NCBI GenBank assembly: GCA_963758525.1 | Contig: CAVWVQ010000003.1 | Location: 3,232,001-3,296,000 of the forward strand | Length of the DNA stretch: 64,000 nt | Direction: 5' to 3' | Origin: an uncultured Phycisphaerales bacterium | Lineage (GTDB): Bacteria; Planctomycetota; Phycisphaerae; Tepidisphaerales; Tepidisphaeraceae | In this document: piece by piece, positions 34,393-44,059 of the stretch | Layout of the letters: each line of letters opens with the position of its first letter | How positions within the stretch are numbered: position 1 is the stretch's first letter | Notes under the pieces: model-generated | Told to the model about the DNA's origin: nothing | Seen by the model: the letters and a program-made list of their open reading frames with translations, nothing else | Databases searched by the model: none | Made by a program: the position numbers and the translations under genes

Positions 34393-34602
34393 TCACCGCA
34401 CCGGCGGTTCCGTCGGGCTGAGAATTTCCGCGGCAAGTGTCCCAATGAGCCGCGCCCTGGCCAGGGCCAGTTCTCTCGGATCGTCCGGCTGATCCTGCAC
34501 GTTGCGAAGGCCCTCCCAGATTTCGCCGGAGGTCACCATGGCCGCGGCAATGGAGATGGCTGTCGCCTGTGCGTTGTCAGAAGGTTGGATTGGTTCTGCC
34601 AT
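34393..34602 (-). CDS. Small hypothetical protein (69 aa)
   Basis: Purine-rich RBS GAAAGGA ahead of ATG; protein-like composition. Confidence 0.55.
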   Translation of the reverse strand: MAEPIQPSDNAQATAISIAAAMVTSGEIWEGLRNVQDQPDDPRELALARARLIGTLAAEILSPTEPPVR

Positions 34603-34755
34603 GAGATTCCTTTCGCGGAGGCGATTGTTGGTGAGAGACCGAAACGTTCATCAATATACAGGGGAACGCGGATTTCGGCGCGTCGCGCTTCCGACGCAGC
34701 GGCCGAGAGCTGTGGGCGAAATTCGTGACGGATTAATCACCGCGAATTCGAGTCG

Positions 34756-34786
34756 TCCCCTCCCCTGGTACTCCAAGGGAGGGCTG
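34756..34786. repeat. Single REP-like hairpin (CCCCTCCCCTGGTACTCC..GGGAGGG family)
   Basis: Similar to copies at 38093-38135, 41086-41125, 43986-44018 and to the arms at 2717-2832. Confidence 0.7.
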
Positions 34787-34861
34787 GTCCCGCAGCAGAA
34801 AAAGGTCGCGTTTCTATGCAAGAGATGAATATCGCTGATCGGGAAGCGGAAACAGCGGGGA

Positions 34862-34934
34862 TGGGCCGTGAGGGACTCGAACCCCCGACATCCTGCGTGT
34901 AAAGCAGTGCTCTAGCCAACTGAGCTAACGGCCC
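34862..34934 (-). tRNA. tRNA-Val (TAC anticodon)
   Basis: Reverse complement GGGCCGTTAGCTCAGTTGGCTAGAGCACTGCTTTACACGCAGGATGTCGGGGGTTCGAGTCCCTCACGGCCCA; cloverleaf; CCA not encoded; anticodon stem looks one base short. Confidence 0.93.
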
Positions 34935-35021
34935 GGATTTCCTGGATGGGATTGTAACGAATTGATGGATGTGCGGGAAGAAGAGCGGAAGAGACCATGT
35001 TTGGCGCTGAAGGCGCGACCG

Positions 35022-35103
35022 AACGCCGAGAGTGCTCGCACCCTCGGTTCCCCGCGTCAGCTACGAAAGACCAAAGAACCGAGGTGCGAGCACCCTCGGC
35101 GTT
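35022..35103. repeat. Long hairpin downstream of the VOC gene
   Basis: AACGCCGAGAGTGCTCGCACCCTCGGTTC ... GAACCGAGGTGCGAGCACCCTCGGCGTT inverted arms of ~28 bp. Confidence 0.75.
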
Positions 35104-35135
35104 ACGCGACTTTGCTCTTTCAGCTTCTCACTCGC

Positions 35136-35597
35136 TCACGCCCGGTATTCGCATAGCTCGAGCAGATTGCCCTCGGGATCGCGAAAGTAGAGGAGACGCT
35201 TGCGAACTCCGCCGGCGTAGGTCACCTGCGCGTCGGGGACGGTCTGGACGGAGCTGAGTGGTCGAACCCCAAAGCTTTGGAGTTTCGCTACGACCGCATT
35301 GATATCAGCCACGCGAAAAGCAAGATGACGGAGTCCGCGCGTGTTGGATTGATCGAGGCCAGGGGGATTCGCGCCGGCGGGTTGAACGTAGCGAAGAAGC
35401 TCAACGCGCGGGCCGTCGGGGAGTTCGAGGTAGACGACGTCTCCGATGGCGTTGTGCAGGCCCACGGTGGCATCGACCCATGGGCCGCTGATGGTCACGC
35501 GCTTGGTGACGGCAAATCCCAGCACGTCGCGGTAGAACTCCACCATCGGCTCCAAATCCGCGACAACAATATTCACGTGATCGATCTGCTGGAGCAT
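35136..35597 (-). CDS. VOC/glyoxalase family protein
   Basis: IDHVNIVV, FY.DVLG, VELL, HLAF.V, FRDPEGNLLEL. Confidence 0.9.
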   Translation of the reverse strand: MLQQIDHVNIVVADLEPMVEFYRDVLGFAVTKRVTISGPWVDATVGLHNAIGDVVYLELPDGPRVELLRYVQPAGANPPGLDQSNTRGLRHLAFRVADINAVVAKLQSFGVRPLSSVQTVPDAQVTYAGGVRKRLLYFRDPEGNLLELCEYRA

Positions 35598-35600
35598 CCG

Positions 35601-36731
35601 CTACTCCTGCATAGACTCGACGTCGATCCCATTCTCGATCAGCCAGTCGCGGTACGCGAAGGGGGAGATCTCGCTCGGCTTGATCTCGCTGCGGCCGCCC
35701 CAGAAGACGTTGGTGTAACTCACGGGAATGCCGATCGAGGCGAGGTGCTCGTCGATCGCTCGTTTGTGGGAGAGCACCACATCCTTGTCAGTGCCGTGGG
35801 CGACGCCCATGATGTTGACGTTGTTGAACTCGGGGCCGCCCTCGCGCCAATAGGCGTGGGTCATGATGTGGAATCGGCCCACTTGCCGGCCGGTTTCAAT
35901 TTCGCGACCGGCGGGGACTGCCCAATGGAACAGGGCGTTAAATTTCGTCACGCGCTCGCCGGTGGTCAGCGGCTTAACGTGTTCGAGAAACGTCGAAAAT
36001 CGGCCGATCACGCGGCGCTCGTTCAGGCCCTTCGCCACTTCCTGAAACACGCTGAGCGGCACGCCGGCTTCCGCGGCACGCGGCGCCCAGAGATTCGGCT
36101 GAATCTCGTCAGCCTCGAATTCCCGTTTTAGCGACATCAGCACACGCCATTCCAGATCGGTCAGCTCCACGATGTTGGTGTCGAGCACTTCCGCCAGCTC
36201 GTCGGACTTGCTCCCCGGCTCCATGCCCCGCCGGCGCACGTGGCCGACGCCCAGTGCGAACAACCGCTTGGCGGGCATGAGCCGATAGTGCTCCGCGCCG
36301 GTCAGCCGCATCAGCACGTCGGCGTGCCGCGACAACGAAAATCCCTGGGGAACTTTCAGCGTGGTCCAGAGCCGGTATTTTGAGCCGGCGGTCTGCTGGT
36401 CCGTCGAACGAATCACGACATGCCCGGAAGATGGATCGCGCTGGAACATGAAGTCGAACGCCGCGGACAGTTTCTCCGGCGGGACCTGCCAGGCGACCAG
36501 CGCGCCGCGGGCGAGATTCGTCGCCATCAGTGTCTGACGGACCCGGCGGATTGTTCCCGCGCGCAGCATCGCCGCGATCCGTTCGCGCACCGTCGCCTCA
36601 TCGAGATCGGCCTGTTTCGCGATCTGCCCGATCGGATCGGGCTGGAACCCCTGCAGTTTGTCCTCGGAGATGGAGAGGATTCGGGCGTTGATCGGATCGT
36701 CCGTGGCGATGGGAAGGGATAGAGTGTTCAC
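35601..36731 (-). CDS. Fused two-module AsnC-like protein, AhbA/AhbB (NirDL/GH) siroheme decarboxylase-like
   Basis: Two HTH+RAM modules; GALVAWQVP..GHVVIR..Y.LWT and NALFHWAVP..THAYWR..NIMGVAHG. Confidence 0.65.
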   Translation of the reverse strand: MNTLSLPIATDDPINARILSISEDKLQGFQPDPIGQIAKQADLDEATVRERIAAMLRAGTIRRVRQTLMATNLARGALVAWQVPPEKLSAAFDFMFQRDPSSGHVVIRSTDQQTAGSKYRLWTTLKVPQGFSLSRHADVLMRLTGAEHYRLMPAKRLFALGVGHVRRRGMEPGSKSDELAEVLDTNIVELTDLEWRVLMSLKREFEADEIQPNLWAPRAAEAGVPLSVFQEVAKGLNERRVIGRFSTFLEHVKPLTTGERVTKFNALFHWAVPAGREIETGRQVGRFHIMTHAYWREGGPEFNNVNIMGVAHGTDKDVVLSHKRAIDEHLASIGIPVSYTNVFWGGRSEIKPSEISPFAYRDWLIENGIDVESMQE

Positions 36732-36837
36732 TACCGGATTCTACCTCCGCCAATAGGCGACGCCACTCGGCATTCAGACGGAAGGGCCAGGGTTGGGAGG
36801 AAGCCCGAATTCCGAAACCAGAATGTCGAATCAAACC

Positions 36838-37875
36838 CTACATCACTCCAAACCGATACACCGCAGTCTGCCGATACGTCTCCCCCGGCCGCAGGATCGT
36901 TGACGGGAAATGGCGGTGATTGACTGAATCGGGGAAGTGCTGAGTTTCGAGGCAGAACGCGCCGTGCTTGTTGTACTGGCCTCCGAGGCCGGTGAGAGAG
37001 CCGTTGAGAAAATTGCCGGTGTAGAACTGGATGCCGGGTTGCGTGGTAAGCACGTCCAAGGTCCGCCCGGTGGCAGGCTCCTCGACGTGGGCGACGGGAA
37101 TGAGTTTTCCGGTTGCGTGATCGATCACGTAGTTGTGGTCGTATCCGCCGGGCACTTCATGAATGCGTTTGCCGATCGGCATCGGCTTTGTGAAGTCCAT
37201 CAACGTATTGGCGACCGGAAGAATTTCGCCGGTGGGAATGAACTGGTCGTTCACGGGAGTGTAGTGCGACGCGCGGAGCGTGAGCATGTGATCGTAGATC
37301 ATCCCGGAGCCGGGGCCGGCGAGGTTGAAATAACTGTGATTGGTGAGATTGACTGGCGTTGGTTTGTCGGTGGCGGCCTCGAATTCGATTCGGACTGCGT
37401 TGTCGTCGGTCAGCGTGTAGCGCACGACGATCGAGAGATTGCCGGGGAACCCCTGATCGCCATCGGGGCTGACCAACTCGAAATCGACGCCGGGTCCGTC
37501 GGCGTGAGTCTTGGGAGCGGCCGTCCAGATCGCGCGATCGATGCCGGTGGTGCCGCCGTGCAGTGTGTTGGGGCCATTATTGATCGTGAGCTGGTATCGC
37601 ACGCCATCGATCTCAAATGATCCGTGGGCGATCCGATTGGCGACGCGTCCGGCGATGCAGCCGAAGTATTCCGTGTGAGCCACGTATGGCGCCAGTTGAT
37701 CGAAGCCGAGGACGACATTGCCGATGCGTTTCTCTCGATCAGGAACGTGCAACTCGGTGACACGCGCGCCATAATTGGTGAGCTTGAGAATCGCTCCGCC
37801 GGCATTAGTAAGGGTGAAAAGCTCAGCGGCTTTTCCATCGGGCGTGCGTCCGAATTCGCTGCGAACGATTGGCAT
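36838..37875 (-). CDS. galM: Aldose 1-epimerase (galactose mutarotase)
   Basis: GRVANRI, LHGG, GFPGNL, NLTNHSYFNL, GYDHN, QFYTGN, CLETQHFPD. Confidence 0.95.
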   Translation of the reverse strand: MPIVRSEFGRTPDGKAAELFTLTNAGGAILKLTNYGARVTELHVPDREKRIGNVVLGFDQLAPYVAHTEYFGCIAGRVANRIAHGSFEIDGVRYQLTINNGPNTLHGGTTGIDRAIWTAAPKTHADGPGVDFELVSPDGDQGFPGNLSIVVRYTLTDDNAVRIEFEAATDKPTPVNLTNHSYFNLAGPGSGMIYDHMLTLRASHYTPVNDQFIPTGEILPVANTLMDFTKPMPIGKRIHEVPGGYDHNYVIDHATGKLIPVAHVEEPATGRTLDVLTTQPGIQFYTGNFLNGSLTGLGGQYNKHGAFCLETQHFPDSVNHRHFPSTILRPGETYRQTAVYRFGVM

Positions 37876-38092
37876 GTTGGCAGTATAGCCGGACGCGTGG
37901 GGAGCCGGAAAGTTGCGCGCAGCCAAAGAACAGAAGAGCTGCGAAGCAGCGAAGCAGCGAAGACAGACGCGAAGAAGACGAGTATCGGAGGTAGAGTTGG
38001 CTCGAGCTTGCCGACGGTCGCCGCCGTGGCTTGCCCCTTCGCGGAGCGTCACCATGTTCCTATTACACAGCGCTTGTTGCGCGATCCCGACC

Positions 38093-38135
38093 AGCCCCCA
38101 CCCCGGCCCTCCCCCGGATTACCAGGGGAGGGGGT
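38093..38135. repeat. REP-like hairpin copy
   Basis: Reverse complement reads CCCCTCCCCTGGTAATCCGGGGGAGGGCCGGGGTGGGGG. Confidence 0.72.
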
Positions 38136-38266
38136 AAGGGCGGCCGCTTCGGTACGGCGCTTTCAGCGAAAGCGGCGTACGTTGGGGAGCAGCCAACTGA
38201 GGATTGCATCCCATCGCGCAGGACGTCGGATGCTTCTGAGAGAACAACAAAGCGGTCGGCAAAGCC

Positions 38267-39149
38267 ATGAGTGAATTGCGGACACCTGCGATTGGCGCGC
38301 CACTGGTCGAATCGCACGCGGTCTGCCGTCACTGCTGCTACGACCTCCACGGCTTGCCCGCGGACGGGCGGTGTCCGGAATGTGGAAGGCAAATCGCATT
38401 ATCACTTCGAGAAGAGCTGTTAGTCTTTGCTGATCCGCTATGGATAGCATCACTCCTGCGCGGCGTGCGTCTGCTGCTCATCGGCGTGGGTCTGGCGGCT
38501 CTGCTGTTTCTCGTCTCATTGCCGATTGCTGCCTCGTCATCGGACCGAACAACAAGCACGCTTCTTTGCGCCTCAGCCGCGTGCATGGTCGCTTGGTTTA
38601 GCTATGGCGGCTGGCTGCTTTCGGTACGCGATCCATCGGGCCGTGGCGAACACGAATACGGAAGATCGCGGAAGCTCACGAGATGGGCCCTCTGCATCGG
38701 AGCCCTGCACGGGTTCCTCGACTGCATTGTGATCTACACGGGTGATCGGTGGCCCAGCGAGGTGCTGAACGCCATCTTTATCGAAGCCGCCGTTGCTCAG
38801 CTCATTGGGATCACGCTCTTTGTCGCTCATCTGGATTACCTGCAGAAGCTGCTCTTGCGCATCCCATCACAAGCTGTCGAACACCGCAGGGTTCCTCAAA
38901 TCGATGATTCCGGCGCTGTGGCTGTGTGCGCTGATTATAGGTTTTCTGGGAATTGTGAGCCGTTGGAACGATTCAGAGTTCGGAGGCGCGAAAATATTCT
39001 TCGGGTGGGCGCTGGTCGTTGCGTGTTTCTCGCTCCCCGTACTGTTGATCTATCTGATCTTTCTCGTGCGGCTGGAGCGATGTCTGAGCCGAGCGGCTCG
39101 TCAGGTGTGCGTCAGCGGGAAGGCCGCAGCCGGATCGGCAAAGCCATGA
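38267..39149 (+). CDS. Zinc-ribbon membrane protein, paralog 1 (frameshift near 38880)
   Basis: CRHCCYDLHGLPADGRCPECG, L.FADP.W, then TM helices; shifted frame ends at TGA 39149 overlapping the next ATG. Confidence 0.7.
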
Positions 39150-40105
39150 GTGAGTTGCGGACACCTGCGATTGGCGCGCTACTGGTGGAATCTCACGCGG
39201 TCTGCCGTCACTGCTGCTACGACCTCCACGGCTTGCCCGCGGACGGGCGGTGTCCGGAATGCGGTTCGGCGGTGGCGTCGTCGCTGGGGGAAAGCCTGCT
39301 GAAATTTGCAGACCCGCGCTGGCTCGCGTCGCTCGTATGCGGTGCGCGCATGTGGCTGACGGGTCTGCTGCTGGGCGTTGTGACGGTGGTCTTCGGCATT
39401 GTGTCCAATTCCGTATTTCTGTGGAACGGCGCGAGCCGTTATTTCTGTCTCTTCGTCGGGTTCATCATCGCCTGGTGCGCGGCGGGCGGCTGGCTGCTTT
39501 CAAAGCCGGACCCCGCCGGATCGGGCGAAAGGGAATACGGAAGAGTTCGCAAGATTGCGCGGTTGGCTTTGCTGCTGGGCGCGCTGCAGGGGTGCGTGGA
39601 TGTCGCGGCGATCTACCCGAATGCGCCGTTCTGGCTTACCGGACGAATATTCTTGGAAACTGCGCTGCGCAGATCATCGGCGTCGTCGGAGCCTTCGCCC
39701 ACCTGCAATATCTACAGATGCTCACTGCGGAGCGCCGACCGAACCATCACAGACGCGGCGGGATTCCTCAAGGTTGCGATCAGCCTCGTTTGGTCTCTTC
39801 TCTACCTCCTGACACTGCTCACGATTTTGCAGGAACGGTCTTACTTTCACGTGCCGGAGGAAGTGCTGGCGTGTTTCGCGATGATCGATTTGCTCCTGGG
39901 CGGCCTGTTCACGCTGTTCTACCTGTTTTTTCTCTACGCGCTGGCTTCGGCGCTCGCCGGCGAGCTTCGTGAGGCGCGACGGTTGCGGACATTACCCCGA
40001 ATCGACTTCGGATGCATCAATCAACTGGAGCATATGACCGAACAATCAGAAGCAGAACAGACGCCGGCGCAAACTGCAGAGAGCGAAGATCATCCTCCCA
40101 GGTAG
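39146..40105 (+). CDS. Zinc-ribbon membrane protein, paralog 2
   Basis: Near-identical N-terminus to paralog 1; GWLLS..DP.G.GE.EYGR shared; probable compensating indels near 39660-39730. Confidence 0.7.
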   Translation: MSELRTPAIGALLVESHAVCRHCCYDLHGLPADGRCPECGSAVASSLGESLLKFADPRWLASLVCGARMWLTGLLLGVVTVVFGIVSNSVFLWNGASRYFCLFVGFIIAWCAAGGWLLSKPDPAGSGEREYGRVRKIARLALLLGALQGCVDVAAIYPNAPFWLTGRIFLETALRRSSASSEPSPTCNIYRCSLRSADRTITDAAGFLKVAISLVWSLLYLLTLLTILQERSYFHVPEEVLACFAMIDLLLGGLFTLFYLFFLYALASALAGELREARRLRTLPRIDFGCINQLEHMTEQSEAEQTPAQTAESEDHPPR

Positions 40106-40995
40106 GCTTTCTTCACATCGGGATGATGCAGCAGATTTTTCGCGGTGTCGGTGAGCAACACCTCGCCGGTTTGGAGGACGTAGCCGCGATGGGCGATGGC
40201 AAGGGCCATGTGGGCGTTCTGCTCGACGAGGAAGACGGTCGTGCCGGCGGCGTTGATCTCGCGGATGATCTGAAAGATTTTGCGCACAATCAGCGGTGCG
40301 AGGCCGAGGGAAGGTTCATCGAGCAGGAGCAGCTTGGGATGGGCCATCAGGGCCCGGCCGATGGCGAGCATTTGCTGTTCGCCGCCGCTGAGCGTGCCGC
40401 CGCGCTGGGTGGTGCGCTCGGCTAAGACCGGGAAGAGGGCGTAACAACGATCCAGATCGGTCTGCAACTGCGGGCGCGATGTCTGCTGGTATGCGCCGAG
40501 GAGCAGATTTTCGCGAACGGTCAGGTCGGGGAAAATCTGCCGGCCTTCGGGAACGTGGCTGATGCCGAGCCGAACGATTTCATGCGCCGCAAGCGCCGCG
40601 AGATCTGCTCCGCTTCGCAGTTTGGAGGGAGCGTATCGCACTTCCGCGGGGGCGTCGGGAGAAGATGCTGGCTCCACGAGCGTGCGCGAATTTTCGGGCG
40701 GCACATTGTGGTGCGGGCTTCCAGCCTGCAATTCCGGTCGTGCAAGCGCAGTTCGTTCCTTCTCGCCCAGAAATTCGCCAACGCCCGGGTCGAATGATGG
40801 GCCGTTCGCGTTCCATCGCATCTCGCCGGCGGTGGGGCGCAGCAGACCGCTGATGGTTCGCAGGAGCGTGGTTTTGCCGGCTCCGTTGGAGCCGATGAGC
40901 GCGACGATTTCTCCCCGGTCGATCTTCAACGAGATGCCGTGCAGCGCTTTGATCGAGCCGTAGGCGACGTGGAGGTTGTCGATCCTGAGAAGCAC
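40090..40995 (-). CDS. livF: Branched-chain amino acid ABC ATPase with a ~60-aa insertion
   Basis: GSNGAGKTT, HVPEGRQIF, LSGGEQQMLAIGRAL, DEPSLGLAP, VEQN, AYLGG. Confidence 0.9.
   Translation of the reverse strand: MLLRIDNLHVAYGSIKALHGISLKIDRGEIVALIGSNGAGKTTLLRTISGLLRPTAGEMRWNANGPSFDPGVGEFLGEKERTALARPELQAGSPHHNVPPENSRTLVEPASSPDAPAEVRYAPSKLRSGADLAALAAHEIVRLGISHVPEGRQIFPDLTVRENLLLGAYQQTSRPQLQTDLDRCYALFPVLAERTTQRGGTLSGGEQQMLAIGRALMAHPKLLLLDEPSLGLAPLIVRKIFQIIREINAAGTTVFLVEQNAHMALAIAHRGYVLQTGEVLLTDTAKNLLHHPDVKKAYLGG
40678..40786 (-). mobile_element. 109-bp MITE-like element, copy 2 (inside livF)
   Basis: Ungapped match to 19212-19320 (88/109 by hand count), identical 29-bp core; degenerate flanks GGCTCCAC/GGGTCGAA (5/8). 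Confidence 0.75.
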
Positions 40996-41085
40996 ATCGG
41001 GGAGAATAGCGGACTCAATCCGAATGACGAAACCCCAAACCGGAATCAATTGCTCTGCTGAAATCCTCTCGCCGTCGCTTGTTTT

Positions 41086-41125
41086 CCCCCTCCCCTGGTA
41101 CTCCGGAGCGGGGTTGGGGTGGGGG
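41086..41125. repeat. REP-like copy within a compound repeat spacer
   Basis: CCCCCTCCCCTGGTACTCCGG..GGGGTTGGGGTGGGGG between CGAATGACGAA-type units. Confidence 0.65.
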
Positions 41126-41206
41126 TTTGCCGGGCGAACGACAAGGATTTCAGCAGAGCAGAATCAAATCCGATTGTCGAATGCCCGAGTGACGGAATTC
41201 GTAGAT

Positions 41207-41727
41207 TCACGAGTTCAACGCGGCCAACGCCAGATCGAGATAGGCGCCGTTAATCAGGTCAGCGGGACGAATCTCTAACTGAGTCATCAGCCGACGGGCT
41301 ATCTGCTCTCCCTGCGGCTCGGTTTGCTCTGGGCGGAGCACGACTTCCAGCTCGATAAAGTCTCCAAGACCCTCGACACGGTCGAAGTGAATGCGAGTCT
41401 GGCCGGCGAAGTAGACCGTGCGCTGCTTCCGGATTTCGCCGCGAACGCCCAGCGCGGCAATCAGGATCCGCGCAACGCGGCGGGCTCAGTGGTCTCAACG
41501 AGGGAGAAGTGGCTGGACTTGGGGCCGGCGATGTCCTCGCGGTCGTAATGAATCAGTTGGCCCCTTTCGGTGCTGAGTTGGCGCAGCTTCAATCGTCCGG
41601 ACGGCGCGAGGAAAAACGTATCGACCTGATGGAGTGATTCCGCAGGCGCGGTCGCCAGCGCGGCTGCGAGCGCTTCCTGGCGCTGGGGGTCATGGGCTCT
41701 TGCCTTTATTTCTATGTTAACGGGCAT
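41207..41727 (-). CDS. CYTH-domain protein (class IV adenylate cyclase/CyaB-like), frameshift near 41465
   Basis: NIEIKAR, QVDTFF, RLKLR, YDR..GPK; shifted frame RKQRTVY..RIHFDRVEGLGDFIELEVV..AYLDL. Confidence 0.85.
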
Positions 41728-41731
41728 ATGG

Positions 41732-43121
41732 CTACATCCATTCGAGGCTCTCTGGATAGAAGAACGTTTTGTCCTTCTCCACGCCGGGTTGGGAGAAGGC
41801 ATCGGGATAGACCTGGAGCCAGTGCTTCGCCACGACGATCTGGAGCGGGGCGGTGAGCTCGACGACGCCCGGCTTGCAATTTCCGGCGGCCAATTCGCGC
41901 ATGCAAGCGAACAGTTCGGAGCACGTGCAGTCGAGTATTGCGCCCTGCAGCGGCATATCGAGGAAATCGATCGGCGTTCCATGCTCCAGCACGTAAAAGC
42001 ACTTTCCCGATTCCCTGACCGTGTACCTTTCGATCGGGCATGCGCCGTCGTGCTGAGGCGTGAGATCTTTGATGTCGCACAGCTTCGCCAATCCCTCAAC
42101 GTCAATCTCAATGTTCTTGGATGATGCGCTACAGAGGATGATTCCGTCCTTGAAATCCGGGAGATCGGCGACGCGGATCGATCTTCTGCCGGAGCAGCCC
42201 ATGACAATGTCGGATTCGCGAAGCAGTTGCGCCAGGGGGATCGGGAAGAAGCCCCGGCCATAGGCGAGCATCGTTACGACCGGGTCGATGTCGTAGATAT
42301 CGACGACGGCGTTTCGTCCTTTGAACGCCGTCGCGACTGATTTGCCGATGTTTCCCCATCCCACGACACCGCAGCGCATCCCGTCGAGAATGGAGGACAT
42401 CTGAGTCCGCATGGCCTTTTCAAGGCTATAGACGCACGCGTCGCCAATGAGCGAATCCTCGACGCGCTTGAGTGGTGTGTCCGCCATCGAGAGCACGGGC
42501 ACCCCTAGCGGATTCTTGCGGGCCGCGGCCTGGTAGCGCCAGAGCCCATTTTTGGTGTCTTCGACGCAGCCCTTGAAGTTCGGGCATTTCGCAAGCTCGT
42601 GCGTCCAGTCGGCGAAGTAGCCGCCAACTTCCTGGATGAGCGCCGGGTATTTCACCCGGCTGATGCGCTCGACGGCGAGCTTCCACAGGTCGTTGAGCAT
42701 GAATTCGATGTCGGGCGGAACGTAGACGTCATATCCCTTCGCTTTGAGCAGCGCCACGGTTTTCTGGTCTGCCGAGTAGGAGATCGCGATGACCAGGTCG
42801 ACGGGGTAGACGCTGTTCACCTGCTCGATGAACTCGACCGTCGTCGGCAGAATGTGCTGCAGGATAATCGAGTGCGTATTGTCAGGGTTGCGGGTTTCCG
42901 ACGTCAGCTTCTGCAGTACTTTCAAATGCCCGTCAAGGTCACGCAATCTGCTTGTGCCGGCAGAGGAAGCCGAGGCCACGGCCGGGCCCCGCGGGTTGTC
43001 GGCGCCCAGCGGCCGCGTGGTCTGCGTATCACCTGCGCAGCTCCGTCGCAATGCAGGCAATCATCGCGGACACCATTCCCGCAGCCATAAAATCGCGGCG
43101 ATTGACGTCATGCTTTGTCAT
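41732..43121 (-). CDS. Divergent adenosylhomocysteinase-like NAD-binding protein with a putative Tat signal (frameshift near 43040)
   Basis: HILPTT, EDTKNGL.RY, LKRVED..G, VVGWGNIGKSVA, DIDP, EIDV; ATG at 43121 overlaps the livG stop and reads MTKHDVNRRDFMAAG. Confidence 0.7.
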
Positions 43122-43971
43122 GTTCGCAGCTCCCGAATGGTTTGATCTGGAGTCTGGTCCTCGATGTCCCCCGGCTCTCCAAGATACGCCTCGATCACCT
43201 TCGGATCGCTCCGAATTTCCGGGGGCGTTCCCTCCGCGATGATCTCTCCGTGATCGAGAACGGTGATTCGTTCGCAGACACTCATCACCAGCGTCATGTC
43301 GTGTTCGATCAACAGGATCGCCAGGGAGAATTTGTCGCGGATGAAACGGATGAGGTTCATCAGCTCGATCTTTTCCCGCGGATTCATTCCCGCGGCCGGC
43401 TCGTCGAGGAGCAATACCTGCGGGGATGTCGCCATGCCCGGGCGATTTCCAGCCGGCGCTGATTGCCGTAGGCCAGATTCTTTGCCTGTTCGTTCGATTG
43501 CTGCCGCAGACCGAAGACGTCGAGCAGTTCAAGGGAGTGCTGGTTGATTGCACGTTCGGCGGCGACGTATCCGCCGGTGCGGAGGATGGTGCTCCACAAG
43601 CCGTGAGGATGCCGCATCTGTCCGCCGACGCGAACATTGTCGAGCACGCACAGCTCGCCGAAAAGTCTGATGTTCTGAAATGTCCGGGCGAGGCCGGCAT
43701 GTGCGATCTGGTGCGGGCGCTTGCCATCCAGGCGCTGCCCGTGGAGGCGCACGGACCCGGTGTCTGGCCGATAGATGCCTGTCAGCACGTTGAACGCGGT
43801 GGTTTTGCCCGCGCCGTTCGGCCCGATCAGTCCATGAAGACTTCCCGGCGGAAGCGAGAGATTAAAATTCTGCACGGCCTTGAGTCCGCCGAAGGCGATC
43901 GAGACATTCTGCACTTGGAGCAACGTATTGCTCGCCACGCTCGCCGATTTGTCAGGGAGCACATCATTCAT
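43118..43971 (-). CDS. livG: Branched-chain amino acid ABC ATPase (frameshift near 43435)
   Basis: FGGLKAV, GPNGAGKTT, RTFQNIRLF, YGNQRRLEIARA / LDEPAAGMN, IEHDM, EAYLG. Confidence 0.9.
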
Positions 43972-43985
43972 GGTGATAAGGTCTT

Positions 43986-44018
43986 CCCCCCTCCCCTGGT
44001 ACTCCGGGGGAGGGAGGG
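43986..44018. repeat. REP-like hairpin copy
   Basis: CCCCCTCCCCTGGTACTCCGGGGGAGGGAGGG. Confidence 0.72.
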
Positions 44019-44059
44019 CACAAGACCGTTAGCCCTGCTTTGCTGCACCGGCGTTTCGC

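Noticed and set aside
34393..34934. tRNA-Val as an integration site
   Set aside because: No integrase and no duplicated tRNA 3' end seen in the window.
38267..40105. Single 612-aa protein with an internal duplication
   Set aside because: A frameshift near 38880 explains the read-through; the shifted frame stops at an ATGA overlap with the second start, so these are two genes.
41732..43060. Canonical ahcY
   Set aside because: Lacks the GHF/GHP histidines, the SCN motif and the C-terminal YRY; gene symbol withheld.
43384..43440. Programmed frameshifting in livG and other split genes
   Set aside because: No slippery heptamer or stimulatory structure noticed, and the shifts are widespread; sequencing error is more parsimonious.
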